Source: Planctomycetota bacterium
GTDB lineage: Bacteria > Planctomycetota > UBA1135 > UBA2386
DNA length: 64,000 nucleotides
Reading direction: 5' to 3'
Assembly (NCBI GenBank): GCA_965223545.1
Contig: OZ245006.1
Span: 608,001-672,000, forward strand
Translations under genes and position numbers: made by a program
The notes under the pieces: generated by a model
Databases searched by the model: none
Told to the model about the DNA's origin: nothing
Seen by the model: the letters and a program-made list of their open reading frames with translations, nothing else
In this document: in pieces, positions 37,528 through 48,285 of the stretch
Numbering within the stretch: position 1 is the stretch's first letter
How the letters are laid out: each line of letters opens with the position of its first letter

Positions 37528-37616
37528 CCTCGACGACCGCGGCGTTCCGCTATCTTGGTTGGCGTCGGGTCGCCGGCGCCGGCATGCTCCGGCCGCCGAG
37601 AGCCCTTTGATCGCGC

Positions 37617-40600
37617 ATGCTCCGTCGCAGCCTCACGATTCTGTCCGCGTTCACCATCCTCGCCCTCGCTCTGACCGTGGGCTACGCCGCGTTCGGGCTA
37701 TCGGGACCGGAAACGGTGATCCGCGAGGCCGAGGAAGAGCTCGCCGCCGGCCGCCCGCAGAACGCCATCGCCCGCCTCAGTCTGGTCGAGCGCTCGCTGG
37801 GCGGCGCCGGTGAGGAGCCGCTCGTGCGGCGCATGTGCGAGGTGCGCGCCCGGGCCCACCTCGCGATGCACAGCTACCGGCACGCGCTGCCGGCGCTGGA
37901 GCTGCTGGTCGATCAGTACGCCCCCGGTGAGCGCGAGCTCGAGCTGCTTTTGATCGAGACCCTGGTCGACAACGGCGACAGCCAGGCGGCGCTGCGCCGC
38001 GCGCGCCAGCTGTTGGAGAGCGAGCCCGGCGATCCCCGGGTGCTCGAGCTGGCCGGCAGTGCCCTGTACCAGCAGTTCACGACTCAATTCGACGAACTCG
38101 TCGCCGAGCTGGAGATCGGCCTGCCGCGGGCGCTCGTCGGTGAGGCGAAGGCGACCCTCGCTCCGTACCTCTATCGCCATCCGCACGGCCTGATCGGCAA
38201 TCGAGCCAAGGCCGATTTCGACGCCTTGATCGCGCGCCACCAACACGGCGCCTCCGCCAGCCTGTACGACGCTCCGATCCAGCGCATGCTGCCCGCCATC
38301 CGCGGTGCGATCGACTTCTACCGCCAGTCGATCGCGGCCGGCGGTGAGCCGACGACCGCCTACCGCGACTTGGCCCGCATCACCCTCGCTGCGGGCCGCG
38401 CCGACGACGCGTTGGCGTTGGCGCAGGCCTACTTGCGGCGCTTCGAAGGCGCCACCGCGATCCGCGCCGCCCTCGACGCGGCACGGATCCACGCGCACGC
38501 CGGGCGCGACCGCCGCGCGGCGGCGATCGCGACGCGTTTTCTGCGGTCCGATGCCTGGCGGCCGCACCTCTCCGACGAGACCACGGCGGAGCTGCGCGCA
38601 CTGGCGTTGACCGCGGGGAGAGCGCTCGATCGACTCGCCGACGGCGCCGAGCTGCTCGCCCTGGTCGAGACCATCGATGGCATCGAGCAGCACCTGGTAG
38701 AGGTCGCCGACGACGCCGATGCGCCGGCGGACATGGCGCCCGAGGCGGGCCTGGTCCGCGGCTACGCGGCGCTGCACGCGGGAGACGGTGAGCGCGCCGA
38801 GGAGCTGACCGGGCCGCTGCATTTCCACGCCAACGCGGACCGCCAGCCGGCAACCGGCGAGAGCCTGATCGGCGAGATCATGCGCTTGCGGCTGCGCGCT
38901 TGGCGGCAGAGCGGCCGGGGTCCGGGCCAGTACCGATGGATCTGTGAGCAGTGGCGTCAGCTGGCACCGGACGATCCCGAGCCCTTGCGCCTCTCGGTGG
39001 CCAGCGCCCTGCAGCACAACAACGTCGTCCTCAACGACGCCGTCCAGCTGCGCTCGCTGGCACCACATGACGACGAAGCGTTGCGGCTGTACGCCGCCGC
39101 GGTCGACGCCGCGCGCGCCGGTTCCGGCCGCGATAGCAACGCACTCTTCAAGCAAGCCGTGCAGCTGCGTGGACAACTGCCACGGCATCTCGGCGAGCCG
39201 GCGCTGCTGTTGCCCGTCGCCGAACGAGCGCTGGCCGAAGACCAGCCCGGCATTGCCGCCGAAGCCGCCCGCCGCGCTGCGCAGGAGTATCCGTGGGCGG
39301 TACAACCACGCCGACTCTGGGCCGCGGCGGCGCACGCCCTCGGCAACACCGCCGAGGCGAGCCGCGTGCTGGACACTCTGGTCACGTTCCACCCCGATCG
39401 CCCGGACCTGCTGCCGGCGCTGGTCGAAGCACGACAGCGGGCCGACCAGCCGATCGACGACCTGCTCTACGAACTCGCGATCGGCGCACCGGCCTCCGCC
39501 GAGCTCGCGACGGCGCTGCTCCGGCGGTGCATCGCACGCCGGGACTGGATCTCGGCCCGGCGCTTCGCGATCCGCTTGGCGCCGCTGTTCGCCGACAGCC
39601 CGGACGTGCTGGCGGCGACGGCCGACGCGCTCTCGCTCGGCGGCAACACTTGGCTTGCCAAGCGGCTGCTGCTGCCGATGTTTCGCGGCATCTTCGACGC
39701 GGATCCCCAACAGGCGGCGCCGGTCGCCCGGCGCTACCTCGTGCTGGCCGCCCAGTCGCGTGATTTCGCCACCGTGCGCGCCATCGCCGACTCGACGATC
39801 GAGCTGCTGCGCGACGATCCCGCGCAGTTGGTCGAGATCGCCGAACAGCTGATCGCCGCGCACGCGCCGGCGCCGGCCTACGACGCTCTCCAGCACGTCC
39901 TACAAGATCCCGCGCACACCGGCGCGCGCGATGGCACCGTTCATCTGCTGGCCGGCAGGGCAGCGCTCGCGATGGGCCGCATCGAAGACGCCGAACACGC
40001 ACTGACCGCGGCCCTGACCTTCGCCGACGGGCGCGCCGCCAGCCGGCTGCTGACCCTGCTCATGCTGGATCAAGGGCGCGCGACCGAAGCCGCCAGCGCT
40101 TACCTGGAAGAGGCGGCGACCGACCCGACCAGTGCCGCGATCATGCTGCGGCTGGGACGCGCGGCGGAGGCAGGTCGCTGGGTCGACGCGACGCTGCGGG
40201 CCGACCTCGCCAACTGGAAGGCATTGTGTCTGGCCGCGGTGCTGCGCCCGAACAAGAAGACCTCGTCGCCGATCGGCGAACTCGTCGAGGCCGCGCCCGA
40301 GTTGCTCGTCGACGTCATCGCCTACGCCGGCGAGTCCGGCTTCGAGCAGATCGGGTTGCAGCGCGCGAAACAGCTCCGGCAGCGCTTTCCCGACAACAGC
40401 TTGGCGCGGCTGGCCCACGCGCACGCGCTCTCGCAAGCCGGCAACGACGAGGCCGCACTGGCGCAGCTCGCCCAGCTCGTGCAGCACGATTCGGCGGTGG
40501 CCGCCCTCGACGAGCTGGTGCGGGTTCTCGCCGAGCACGACCCGGAGCAACTGACGAGTCCGGAGATGGTCCAGCGCGTCGCGCAGGTGGTCCGCGCCAA

Positions 40601-41666
40601 CCCGGGCCTCTGCACGCCACGTCTGATGGCGCAAGGTCTGCGCAACGCCGCGCAGCTGCTGGCGGGCGCGGACCAGCCCACACCGGCGGCAGCCGCCACT
40701 CTGGCGACGCTGTGGACGCGCTTTCCGGTGGAGACCGGCGCGGGCGTCGCCGAGGTCGAAACCCTTGCCCGTCTCGGTCACGGCGAAGCGGCCGTCGAGC
40801 TGCTCGACGCGTTGGACCGAAGAGTGCCGGCGACCGAGCGCGGCGCGTTCGCGACCGCGGTGGGCCACCTTTGCCAGGAGTGGACGACGACGGCGAGCCC
40901 GGGGATCCGCCGCCAGCTCGATCGGCGCCTGCGGCGCATGATCGAACGCGACGGCGCTTACGGTGCTCTGGTGCACGCCGTGCTCGACCACAGCGCGGCG
41001 GCCAGCGCGCCGACGCCGGCCGAGCGCGACGAGCAGATCGCCCTGCTGGAGGCCCATCTGCGCCTGTTCGAGAGCGAATCGGATCCCGACAGCGGCGCCG
41101 TGGCGCGCACCATCCGGCGGCTGGCGGTGCTCGAGGGGCACGAGGAGACGCTCGAGCGCATCGATCCCATGCTGCGCGATGACCCGTCGCTGGTCGACGT
41201 CTGGCAGCTCCGCGCCACGCTGCTGAGCCAGAGCGGGCTCTACGATCAGGCGCTGCGCAGCCTGCGCTGGCTGGTGCCGATCTACGACAGCGACAGCTTG
41301 GTCTTCGACTACTACTACCTGATGGCGACCCGCGGTGTGGTCGCCGACGACGCCGTCACTGCGCTGGCCCAACGGCTCGGCGAGCGCGCGGACAGCACCC
41401 CGTTCAGCGCGGTCGTCCGCGGCATTCTGCATCTCCGCCTGGGCGAGGCCGAGCGCGCCGCCGCCATCCTCGACGGCACCGAAGCCGGTGGCGACGACCG
41501 CATCTACTACGCGGCGCTCGCTCACTTGGCAGTGCCCGACCCCGAAGCGGCGGAGCGGGCCGCCGCGTACTTCGAGCAGCTCGCGGTCAGCGGCCGCGGC
41601 AATCCGTCGGCAATCGCGAGCGAGATCGCCAGCCTGCTCCGTGGCGCGCGTTCCGCGGGTTTGTGA
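37617..41666 (+). CDS. Large membrane-anchored TPR/alpha-solenoid protein (1349 aa)
   Basis: N-terminal TM; Ala/Leu-rich helical repeats throughout; follows the kinase/regulator pair as PrsT does in PrsK-PrsR-PrsT loci. Confidence 0.8.
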   Translation: MLRRSLTILSAFTILALALTVGYAAFGLSGPETVIREAEEELAAGRPQNAIARLSLVERSLGGAGEEPLVRRMCEVRARAHLAMHSYRHALPALELLVDQYAPGERELELLLIETLVDNGDSQAALRRARQLLESEPGDPRVLELAGSALYQQFTTQFDELVAELEIGLPRALVGEAKATLAPYLYRHPHGLIGNRAKADFDALIARHQHGASASLYDAPIQRMLPAIRGAIDFYRQSIAAGGEPTTAYRDLARITLAAGRADDALALAQAYLRRFEGATAIRAALDAARIHAHAGRDRRAAAIATRFLRSDAWRPHLSDETTAELRALALTAGRALDRLADGAELLALVETIDGIEQHLVEVADDADAPADMAPEAGLVRGYAALHAGDGERAEELTGPLHFHANADRQPATGESLIGEIMRLRLRAWRQSGRGPGQYRWICEQWRQLAPDDPEPLRLSVASALQHNNVVLNDAVQLRSLAPHDDEALRLYAAAVDAARAGSGRDSNALFKQAVQLRGQLPRHLGEPALLLPVAERALAEDQPGIAAEAARRAAQEYPWAVQPRRLWAAAAHALGNTAEASRVLDTLVTFHPDRPDLLPALVEARQRADQPIDDLLYELAIGAPASAELATALLRRCIARRDWISARRFAIRLAPLFADSPDVLAATADALSLGGNTWLAKRLLLPMFRGIFDADPQQAAPVARRYLVLAAQSRDFATVRAIADSTIELLRDDPAQLVEIAEQLIAAHAPAPAYDALQHVLQDPAHTGARDGTVHLLAGRAALAMGRIEDAEHALTAALTFADGRAASRLLTLLMLDQGRATEAASAYLEEAATDPTSAAIMLRLGRAAEAGRWVDATLRADLANWKALCLAAVLRPNKKTSSPIGELVEAAPELLVDVIAYAGESGFEQIGLQRAKQLRQRFPDNSLARLAHAHALSQAGNDEAALAQLAQLVQHDSAVAALDELVRVLAEHDPEQLTSPEMVQRVAQVVRANPGLCTPRLMAQGLRNAAQLLAGADQPTPAAAATLATLWTRFPVETGAGVAEVETLARLGHGEAAVELLDALDRRVPATERGAFATAVGHLCQEWTTTASPGIRRQLDRRLRRMIERDGAYGALVHAVLDHSAAASAPTPAERDEQIALLEAHLRLFESESDPDSGAVARTIRRLAVLEGHEETLERIDPMLRDDPSLVDVWQLRATLLSQSGLYDQALRSLRWLVPIYDSDSLVFDYYYLMATRGVVADDAVTALAQRLGERADSTPFSAVVRGILHLRLGEAERAAAILDGTEAGGDDRIYYAALAHLAVPDPEAAERAAAYFEQLAVSGRGNPSAIASEIASLLRGARSAGL

Positions 41667-41693
41667 ACCGGGCGCGCTGTGAGTGGCGGGCGT

Positions 41694-42602
41694 CTAGAAC
41701 TCGTGATGAGTTGGAGCCTGGCTCCGTACGTTCAGTAGCGCCTCGGAGCGCAGGGACGGTAGCTCCTCGATACCCGCGAGGGCTTCCGTCAGGCCGACGA
41801 ACGAGAAGCGCTGCAGCAGGCGGTCGAGCTTGGGCAGGGTGCGGCGCAAGTTGACGTAGTGGCGGAAGCCGCGGAGGCCGCCGATCGGGTGGCGGGGCTG
41901 GTCGGGGTCGACTTCCCACGGGTGCAGGTAGACGCAGCCGGGCAGGCCCTGGCGCTGTTGTTGGCGCAGGGCGCGGGCCAAGAGGGCCAAGGGGAACAGG
42001 CGCAGGTAGCCGCCGCCGCCGACCGGCAGTCGCCGGCCGCCGAGCTCGAGCACCAGCGGCGGAAACTCGAGTAGCTCGCGGTCGCCGACCTGCACGCGGT
42101 AGGGCTGCAGCGGAGCGCCGGGCACGCCGTAGTCCGGGTGCTGGATCGGGAACACCGAGCTGTCGACGCGGTAGCCGCGGTCGGCCAGGACCGACAGCGC
42201 CCACGGGGTCCGCGCGGTGATCGACCACGTGCAGGCGCGGAAGCTCTCCGGTCGCTGCCCGGTGATCGACGTGAGGATCTGCTCGGTCTTGGCCAGGTCG
42301 TCGGCGAAGCCGGCGGCGCCCAGCGCGTCGAGGACCTGGTGGTCGTAGCCGTGCGAGCCGATCTCGTGCCCGGCCGAGGCGACCTCGGCGACCAGATCCG
42401 GCAAGCGCTCGGCGATCCAGCCGAGAAAGAAGAACGTGGCCCGCGCGCCGCGGCGCGCGAACAGGTCGAGCAGGCGACGGGTGGCGTCCCCGCAACGCAG
42501 CTCGATGGCATCCCATTCGTCCCGGCCGACGACGTGCTGCATGTTGAGGACTTGGAAGTAGTCCTCGACGTCGACGGAGAGTGCGTGGCGGACCTCAGTC
42601 AC
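41694..42602 (-). CDS. Polysaccharide deacetylase, XrtA/PEP-CTERM-associated type
   Basis: SVDVEDYFQ, ATFFFLGW, HEIGSHGYDH, DSSVFP, GGGGYLRLFP, YLHPWEVDPDQP. Confidence 0.92.
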   Translation of the reverse strand: MTEVRHALSVDVEDYFQVLNMQHVVGRDEWDAIELRCGDATRRLLDLFARRGARATFFFLGWIAERLPDLVAEVASAGHEIGSHGYDHQVLDALGAAGFADDLAKTEQILTSITGQRPESFRACTWSITARTPWALSVLADRGYRVDSSVFPIQHPDYGVPGAPLQPYRVQVGDRELLEFPPLVLELGGRRLPVGGGGYLRLFPLALLARALRQQQRQGLPGCVYLHPWEVDPDQPRHPIGGLRGFRHYVNLRRTLPKLDRLLQRFSFVGLTEALAGIEELPSLRSEALLNVRSQAPTHHEF

Positions 42603-43788
42603 AAGAGCCTCCCAAGCGCTGATAGACCTCCACCACCCGCCGCGCGTTGTCGCTCCAGGTCCAACCGCGCTCGATCAGGCGCCTGCGCCCGGCAGCACCG
42701 ATGGCCGCGGTCCGCTCCGGGTCGTCGACCAGCGCGCGCAGCGTGGCCGCCAACGCCTCGACGTCACCCGGGGCGAACAGGAGGCCGTTGTCCCCGTTGG
42801 CGATGATCTCGCGCAGGTTGGCCTGGTCGGGCGCCAGCGTGGCGACTCCGGCCGCCAGCGAATCGAACAGCTTGAGCGGCGAGGCGTACTCGTTGATGGC
42901 GGGGATCAGGGCGGCGTCGAACGCGCACAAGTGCGCCGGCAGCGCGGCGGCCGGCACGACGCCCTCGCAGCGCAGACGCGCCTCGACACCGAGCTCCCGC
43001 GACCTTCCCCGCAGCCCGTCCAACGCCGGGCCCTCGCCGACGACCCACAGCTGCACCGCCTCGAACCCCGGCCGTGCCAGCACCTCGAGCGCGAGATCCA
43101 GGCGGTGCCAGTCGCGCAGAAAGCCGACGAACCCGAGCACGAAGGTGCCCTGTGGCAACGCCGCGCGCAGCGCCCGGCCGGCGCGCCGCGCCGCCTCGCC
43201 ATAGCGCTCCGGCTGCGCGCCGTTGGCGATCACGTGACAGCGCTCGGCCCGCGCCCCGAGCGCGACCAGCCGGTCGCGCAGCACGGCGGTGACCGGCAAC
43301 ACCGCGTCGGCGCCGGCCAACACGCGCCGCTCGGTGCTGCGCGCGCGGCGCGCGAAGCGCAGCAGGCCGAGGCGCTCCATCTCGTCGGTCATCGGCGAGT
43401 TGACCTCGAGCAGCAGCGGCACGCGCCGCGCGGTCGCCACCGCCAGCCCAGCCGCGCAGTGCAGCGCGTGCCGCTCGTAGATGAAGTGGGGCTCGAACTC
43501 GTCCGCCGCGCGCCGCAGCATGCGCACGCCGTAGCGGTCGTAGCCGATCTCCATCGCCTCGACCGCCGGGCGCGGCAGCGACAGCTTCTGCCAGGCGGCG
43601 CCGCGCCGCCCCGCTGCACCGCGCTCCCCATCGCCCGCACCCGCGCCGACCGCGGTCTTCTCGACCAAGGCACACTCGCGCACATCGTGGCCCGCGGCGC
43701 GCAGCGCGGCGATCAGCTCGCGCACGTGCACGGCCTGACCGTCGTCGGCGCGGATCCGGTGGTGGTAGAGAATGCGGTAGCCGGTCAC
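42595..43788 (-). CDS. GT4 glycosyltransferase
   Basis: GTG 43788; GQAVHVRELI, IYER, LLLEVNSP, GFVGFLRDWH, SPLKLFDSLAAG. Confidence 0.9.
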   Translation of the reverse strand: MTGYRILYHHRIRADDGQAVHVRELIAALRAAGHDVRECALVEKTAVGAGAGDGERGAAGRRGAAWQKLSLPRPAVEAMEIGYDRYGVRMLRRAADEFEPHFIYERHALHCAAGLAVATARRVPLLLEVNSPMTDEMERLGLLRFARRARSTERRVLAGADAVLPVTAVLRDRLVALGARAERCHVIANGAQPERYGEAARRAGRALRAALPQGTFVLGFVGFLRDWHRLDLALEVLARPGFEAVQLWVVGEGPALDGLRGRSRELGVEARLRCEGVVPAAALPAHLCAFDAALIPAINEYASPLKLFDSLAAGVATLAPDQANLREIIANGDNGLLFAPGDVEALAATLRALVDDPERTAAIGAAGRRRLIERGWTWSDNARRVVEVYQRLGGSCD

Positions 43789-44966
43789 GCGACCACTCCC
43801 CCGGACTTGGACTGCCACGCCCGCTCGAACAGCGCGACGAGTCCGGCGACCGGCGCGTCCCAGGAGTAGCGCTGGGCCCATGCGCGGATCGCGGCACGGT
43901 CGGGCGGACGGTCGAGGAAACCGCGCACGGCGTCGCGCAACGCAGCCACGTCGCCGACCGGAATCGCCGTCCCGACCCCCGGGCCCGCCAACATCTCGGG
44001 CACCGAGCCGACCGCCGAGGCCACCACGGGCAGCCCACTCGCCAACGCCTCGGTGACGACGTTGGGCCACCCCTCGCGCTCGGAGGGCAGCACGAGGACG
44101 TCGCACGCGGAGTACGCCAACGCAACGCGCTCGGGCGGCTGTGGCCCCAGCCACAGCCCGCGGTCACCGAGCGACCGGCACAGCGCGCGCCGTTGGTTGC
44201 CGTCGCCGATCAGCACCAGCTTGGTCGCCGGCAGCGCATCGAGCGCCTCGACCGCGCGGTGAAAGCCCTTGGCGCGGATCAGCCGGCCGACGCCCAACAC
44301 CAAGTGGCCCTCCTGCGGCAGGCCCAGCGCGGTGCGCGCCGCCGCGCGATCGCCCGGCGCGAACCGCTCGAAGTCGACACCGTTGCGCGACAACTGCACG
44401 TCGGCATCCGCCAGCCCGGCGACCTCGACGAAGCGCTGCCGCAGCGGCTCGCTCACCGCCAACCGCGCGAAGGCCGCCGGCATCGAAGCGCGCACCTGCG
44501 CTGCCACGCCGCGCAGCGCGCCGACGACGTTGACGTCGGTGCCGCGCGCGGTCACCACGGTGGGAACGCCGAGCGGCGCGGCGATCGCCAAGGCGGCGAC
44601 CCCGTCGGGGTAGACGTAGTGCGCATCGAGCACCGCGTCGGCCTCGGCCAGCAGGCGCTCGACCAGAGCGCGCGCGCTGCGCGCCATGCGCCGCGCCTGC
44701 GCCCACATCGAGATCCCCGGCAGATGGCGGTAGCGCGGATGCCAGATCGCGACGCCGTCGACGACCTCGCGCTCCGGCGCGCGCGCCGCCTGACGCTCGA
44801 AGCCGCGCCGCAAGCCGATGGGGACCGCGGGCAGCGGGTTGACCACGACCCATTCGCAACCCAGCGCGGCGACCACGCGCCGCATGCGCTCGCGCACGAA
44901 CAGCCCGTGCGTCGGCAGCGACGGCGACGGAAAGAGGTTGCTGAAAGTCACGATGCGGCGTCGCAC
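43785..44966 (-). CDS. GT4 glycosyltransferase (TuaC-like)
   Basis: FSNLFP, DAHYVYPDG, TARGTD, VGRL..KG, PSEREGWPNVVTEALASG. Confidence 0.9.
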   Translation of the reverse strand: MRRRIVTFSNLFPSPSLPTHGLFVRERMRRVVAALGCEWVVVNPLPAVPIGLRRGFERQAARAPEREVVDGVAIWHPRYRHLPGISMWAQARRMARSARALVERLLAEADAVLDAHYVYPDGVAALAIAAPLGVPTVVTARGTDVNVVGALRGVAAQVRASMPAAFARLAVSEPLRQRFVEVAGLADADVQLSRNGVDFERFAPGDRAAARTALGLPQEGHLVLGVGRLIRAKGFHRAVEALDALPATKLVLIGDGNQRRALCRSLGDRGLWLGPQPPERVALAYSACDVLVLPSEREGWPNVVTEALASGLPVVASAVGSVPEMLAGPGVGTAIPVGDVAALRDAVRGFLDRPPDRAAIRAWAQRYSWDAPVAGLVALFERAWQSKSGGVVA

Positions 44967-45044
44967 GGCCCAACGCTATGCGGTCGAGACCGCGGGTTCG
45001 AGGTCGTCTTTCGCGGCGGCTCGCGGTGCCATCACGACTCGCCT

Positions 45045-46907
45045 TCAGGCCCAACGCGCCAGGAAGCGATCAAAGGTCAACACCGCCCAGAGCAGATCGG
45101 CGTGATCGGCGCGGCCGCTGCGATGCGCCGCCAGGAGCTTGGCCACCCGCGCCGGGTCGACCACGGTCGCCAGCCGGTCCTCCGCCAATGCGCTGTGTAG
45201 TGCGTCACCCAAGGCGCCGGCCATCCACTTGCGCAGCGGCACCGAGAACCCCCGCTTGCTCCGCGCCATGGCTTCGTCACCGAGCCGCGGCCGCAACGCG
45301 TCGCGCAGAAACCCCTTGGTCTGCTGCCCGCGCAGCTTCATCGCCGATGGGATCCGCGCCGCCAGCTCGACCAGCCGGTAGTCGAGCAACGGCGCGCGCA
45401 CCTCGAGCGCTACCGCCATCGACGCCCGGTCGACCTTGACCAAGACATCGCCCGGCAGCCAGGTCTTGATGTCGGCGGCGATGGCCCGCGCCAGCGGGTC
45501 CGGTCCGTCGGCAGCACGGTAGGCCGAGACCACCGCTGCCAAGGGATCGCCGGCCGCCTCCGCGTAGTCCCCGCGCAGCACCGGTCGGACCTCCTCGGGC
45601 AGGCAAGCGCTCACCGAGCGGGCGTAGGCGAGCGCGGGATCCCGGGCGAGGTTCTGCAGCGTTCGCTTCAGCCGCACCGGACGCGGGAGGAAGTCGGCTT
45701 TGGGATAGGCCCGGCCGAGCACTCCCCACAACCCGCTGGGAAGCAGCTGCCGCAGCCGGTTCTCCAATGAGTCGAACCGATAGCGGCGATAGCCGGCAAA
45801 GCTCTCGTCGCCACCGTCACCCGACAGCGCCACGGTGACGTGCCGCCGCGCCATGCGGCTGACGTGATACGTCGGGATCGCGCTGCTGTCGGCGAACGGC
45901 TCGTCGAAGGTCTCGCCGAACCAGCCCACCTCGAGCATGTCGGAGATCGCCACGGTCTCTTCGAACAGGCGGGCGCCGGTCGCCCGCGCCGCCTGGCGGG
46001 CGTGCTCGATCTCGTCGAACTTCGGGTCGTCGAAGCCGATGCTGCACGCCAGCACCGGCTGGCGGCTCACCCGAGCCATCGCGTCCACGACCGCGTAGCT
46101 GTCGACGCCACCGGACAGGAACGCACCGAGCGGCACATCGGAGAGCAGCCGCCCGCGCACCGCATCGTCCAACAGCTCGAGCACCCTCGCCGACAGCTCT
46201 TCCGCCGACGCATCCTCGCTGTCCGCGAAGCTCAGCTGCCAGTACGGGCGGACGTGCACGGCCCCGTTCTCGGCGGTCAGCAGGTGGCCGGGCGGCAGCT
46301 TGTGGATGCCCTCGAAGACGGTATCGGGATCGGCGACGTAGCGCAGACAGAAGAACTGAGCGACCGACTCCGGCCTCAGCCGCGGCCGCCGCTCGAGCCC
46401 AGCCAGCACGGCCTTGATCTCCGAGCCGAACAGCAGACGCCCCGCGGTCTCGTCGTAGTGGTAGTGCAGCGGCTTCTTGCCCAGCCGATCGCGCGCCGCG
46501 AACAGCGTGTGCGTGCGGGCGTCGTGAATGGCGAACGCGAACATGCCGTTGAGGTGGAGCGGCAAGTCCTCGCCCCATTCGCGGAAGCCATGCAGCAGGA
46601 CCTCGGTATCGCAGCGCGTCCGGAAGCTGTGGCCACGCGCCTCGAGCGCGGCCCGCAGCTCGGGGTAGTTGTAGATCAGCCCGTTGAAGGTCACGGTGAG
46701 CTCACCGCGCGCGTCCCGCATCGGCTGGGCGCCGCCCTCGGGGTCGACGATGATCAGCCGCCGGTGACCCAGCCCACAGCCGGGCAGCAGCTCGAGACCA
46801 TCACCGTCCGGCCCGCGGTGCGCCAGACTGCGCACCATGTCGGCGAGTGGCGGTTCGCGCACCACGACGCCCGGGTCTTGCCAATACTCGCCGGCAATGC
46901 CGCACAT
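45045..46907 (-). CDS. asnB: Asparagine synthase-type glutamine amidotransferase (EPS-associated)
   Basis: MCGIAG, HRGPDG, LGHRRL, ARDRLGKKPL, FLSGGVDS, LSGDGGDE, KVDRASMA..LEVRAP, KRGF. Confidence 0.93.
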   Translation of the reverse strand: MCGIAGEYWQDPGVVVREPPLADMVRSLAHRGPDGDGLELLPGCGLGHRRLIIVDPEGGAQPMRDARGELTVTFNGLIYNYPELRAALEARGHSFRTRCDTEVLLHGFREWGEDLPLHLNGMFAFAIHDARTHTLFAARDRLGKKPLHYHYDETAGRLLFGSEIKAVLAGLERRPRLRPESVAQFFCLRYVADPDTVFEGIHKLPPGHLLTAENGAVHVRPYWQLSFADSEDASAEELSARVLELLDDAVRGRLLSDVPLGAFLSGGVDSYAVVDAMARVSRQPVLACSIGFDDPKFDEIEHARQAARATGARLFEETVAISDMLEVGWFGETFDEPFADSSAIPTYHVSRMARRHVTVALSGDGGDESFAGYRRYRFDSLENRLRQLLPSGLWGVLGRAYPKADFLPRPVRLKRTLQNLARDPALAYARSVSACLPEEVRPVLRGDYAEAAGDPLAAVVSAYRAADGPDPLARAIAADIKTWLPGDVLVKVDRASMAVALEVRAPLLDYRLVELAARIPSAMKLRGQQTKGFLRDALRPRLGDEAMARSKRGFSVPLRKWMAGALGDALHSALAEDRLATVVDPARVAKLLAAHRSGRADHADLLWAVLTFDRFLARWA

Positions 46908-48283
46908 CAGCGCCCCCACCTCGGCAGCAACGTCTTCTCGGCAACCGGACGCCAACGCACCTCGATCTCACCGGGCCGGGCGCCGCTCGCGGCGGGCTGC
47001 TCGGCGTCGCGCCAGGCCACCGCCTCCTTGCGGGTGATCCACACCAGGCAGCTCATCAGCGCGAAGACGTGGTAGATCAGGTCGAAGTGGCCCCGGTTGA
47101 GGAAGGTCGCGCCGACCATGAACGCGACCGTCACCGCCTCCAGCATGCGCGAGTAGGTGTCGGCCCACTCGAGGTGCGGCCGGCCGCGCGCCACCCGGCG
47201 CACCCATGCCGCCGACCAGAACATCGAGCCCAACAGCACGAGGTAGATCGCGAAGCTGATGGTGCCGCCCTCCGCCCAGATCTGCAGATACGAGTTGTGG
47301 GCGACGAACGCCTCGGTGCTGCCCTCGAAGTGCGTCGGGTTGTAGTCGGGATAGTGGAAACGGAAGTTCTTCAATCCGACACCGATGAGCGGGTGGTCGC
47401 CGATCATGGCGAACGCGATGCCCCACGCCTTGATCCGCGCACCGGCGGACCCCTCAGCCGTGCCCTCGCCGATCAGCGCGATGCGGTCCAAGACCTGTTG
47501 TGGCGCGAACAGGAAGAACGCGATCGTCAGTACGCCCAGCACCGCGATCGCCGGCACCAGCCGCCGCGCCCGCCAGGCCAGCCAAAGCAAAGTCGCACAC
47601 AAGGCCAAGAAGGCGCCGCGCGAGAGCGTCAGCAGCACGGTGACGATGGTCAGCGCTATGGCGACCTCGGTGCCGCGGCGAACCCAGCGGAGCGACTCGG
47701 CGCGGCCCAGGTACCACAGCAGCGGAATCCCCATCACCATCGCCAACGCGAAGTCGTTGTTGTCCTCCAGCATGCCGCCGGGCCCGCGCAGGATCACAGT
47801 ACCGCCGCGGGCGACACCGAGCAGACCGTTCTTGAAGCCGTAGAAGCCGAAGCTGATGGCGATCACCCAGGCCAAGAACTTCAGGCGCTGGCGCGTGTCC
47901 ACCTGCCCGGTGGTGAACGCCGCGATCACCATGATCTTGACGAACTCGAGGTAGAACGTGGTGACGAACTGACTCTCGAACGAGTAGCGCGCCAAGGTCA
48001 CGCTGAGGCCGGCGATGGCGGCCAGCACGACCATGCCCCCGGTGCGCAGATCAGGCCGCCAGAACCGGCGGCTTCCCGATTCGTGCACGAACCAGCCGGC
48101 GATCATGACGATCGCCGCGAAGAAGCTGAACCGCATGTCGCGCGCGAAGCCCCAGCACAGGTCTTGCGGGCGCATGTAGGCCAACCACGAGAACAGGGCC
48201 AGACCGATGAACGGACGGCGGAACGCCGTCGGCATCACGCTCATGATCAGCGCGAACACCAGCAGGTCGCGCAACGCACCCAT
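46907..48283 (-). CDS. O-antigen ligase/Wzy-like polymerase, exosortase A-associated type
   Basis: Multi-TM; W..YMRPQ..WG, DNNDFAL, LSRGAFL, HPLIGVG, AHNSYLQI.AEGG. Confidence 0.88.
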   Translation of the reverse strand: MGALRDLLVFALIMSVMPTAFRRPFIGLALFSWLAYMRPQDLCWGFARDMRFSFFAAIVMIAGWFVHESGSRRFWRPDLRTGGMVVLAAIAGLSVTLARYSFESQFVTTFYLEFVKIMVIAAFTTGQVDTRQRLKFLAWVIAISFGFYGFKNGLLGVARGGTVILRGPGGMLEDNNDFALAMVMGIPLLWYLGRAESLRWVRRGTEVAIALTIVTVLLTLSRGAFLALCATLLWLAWRARRLVPAIAVLGVLTIAFFLFAPQQVLDRIALIGEGTAEGSAGARIKAWGIAFAMIGDHPLIGVGLKNFRFHYPDYNPTHFEGSTEAFVAHNSYLQIWAEGGTISFAIYLVLLGSMFWSAAWVRRVARGRPHLEWADTYSRMLEAVTVAFMVGATFLNRGHFDLIYHVFALMSCLVWITRKEAVAWRDAEQPAASGARPGEIEVRWRPVAEKTLLPRWGR

Positions 48284-48285
48284 GG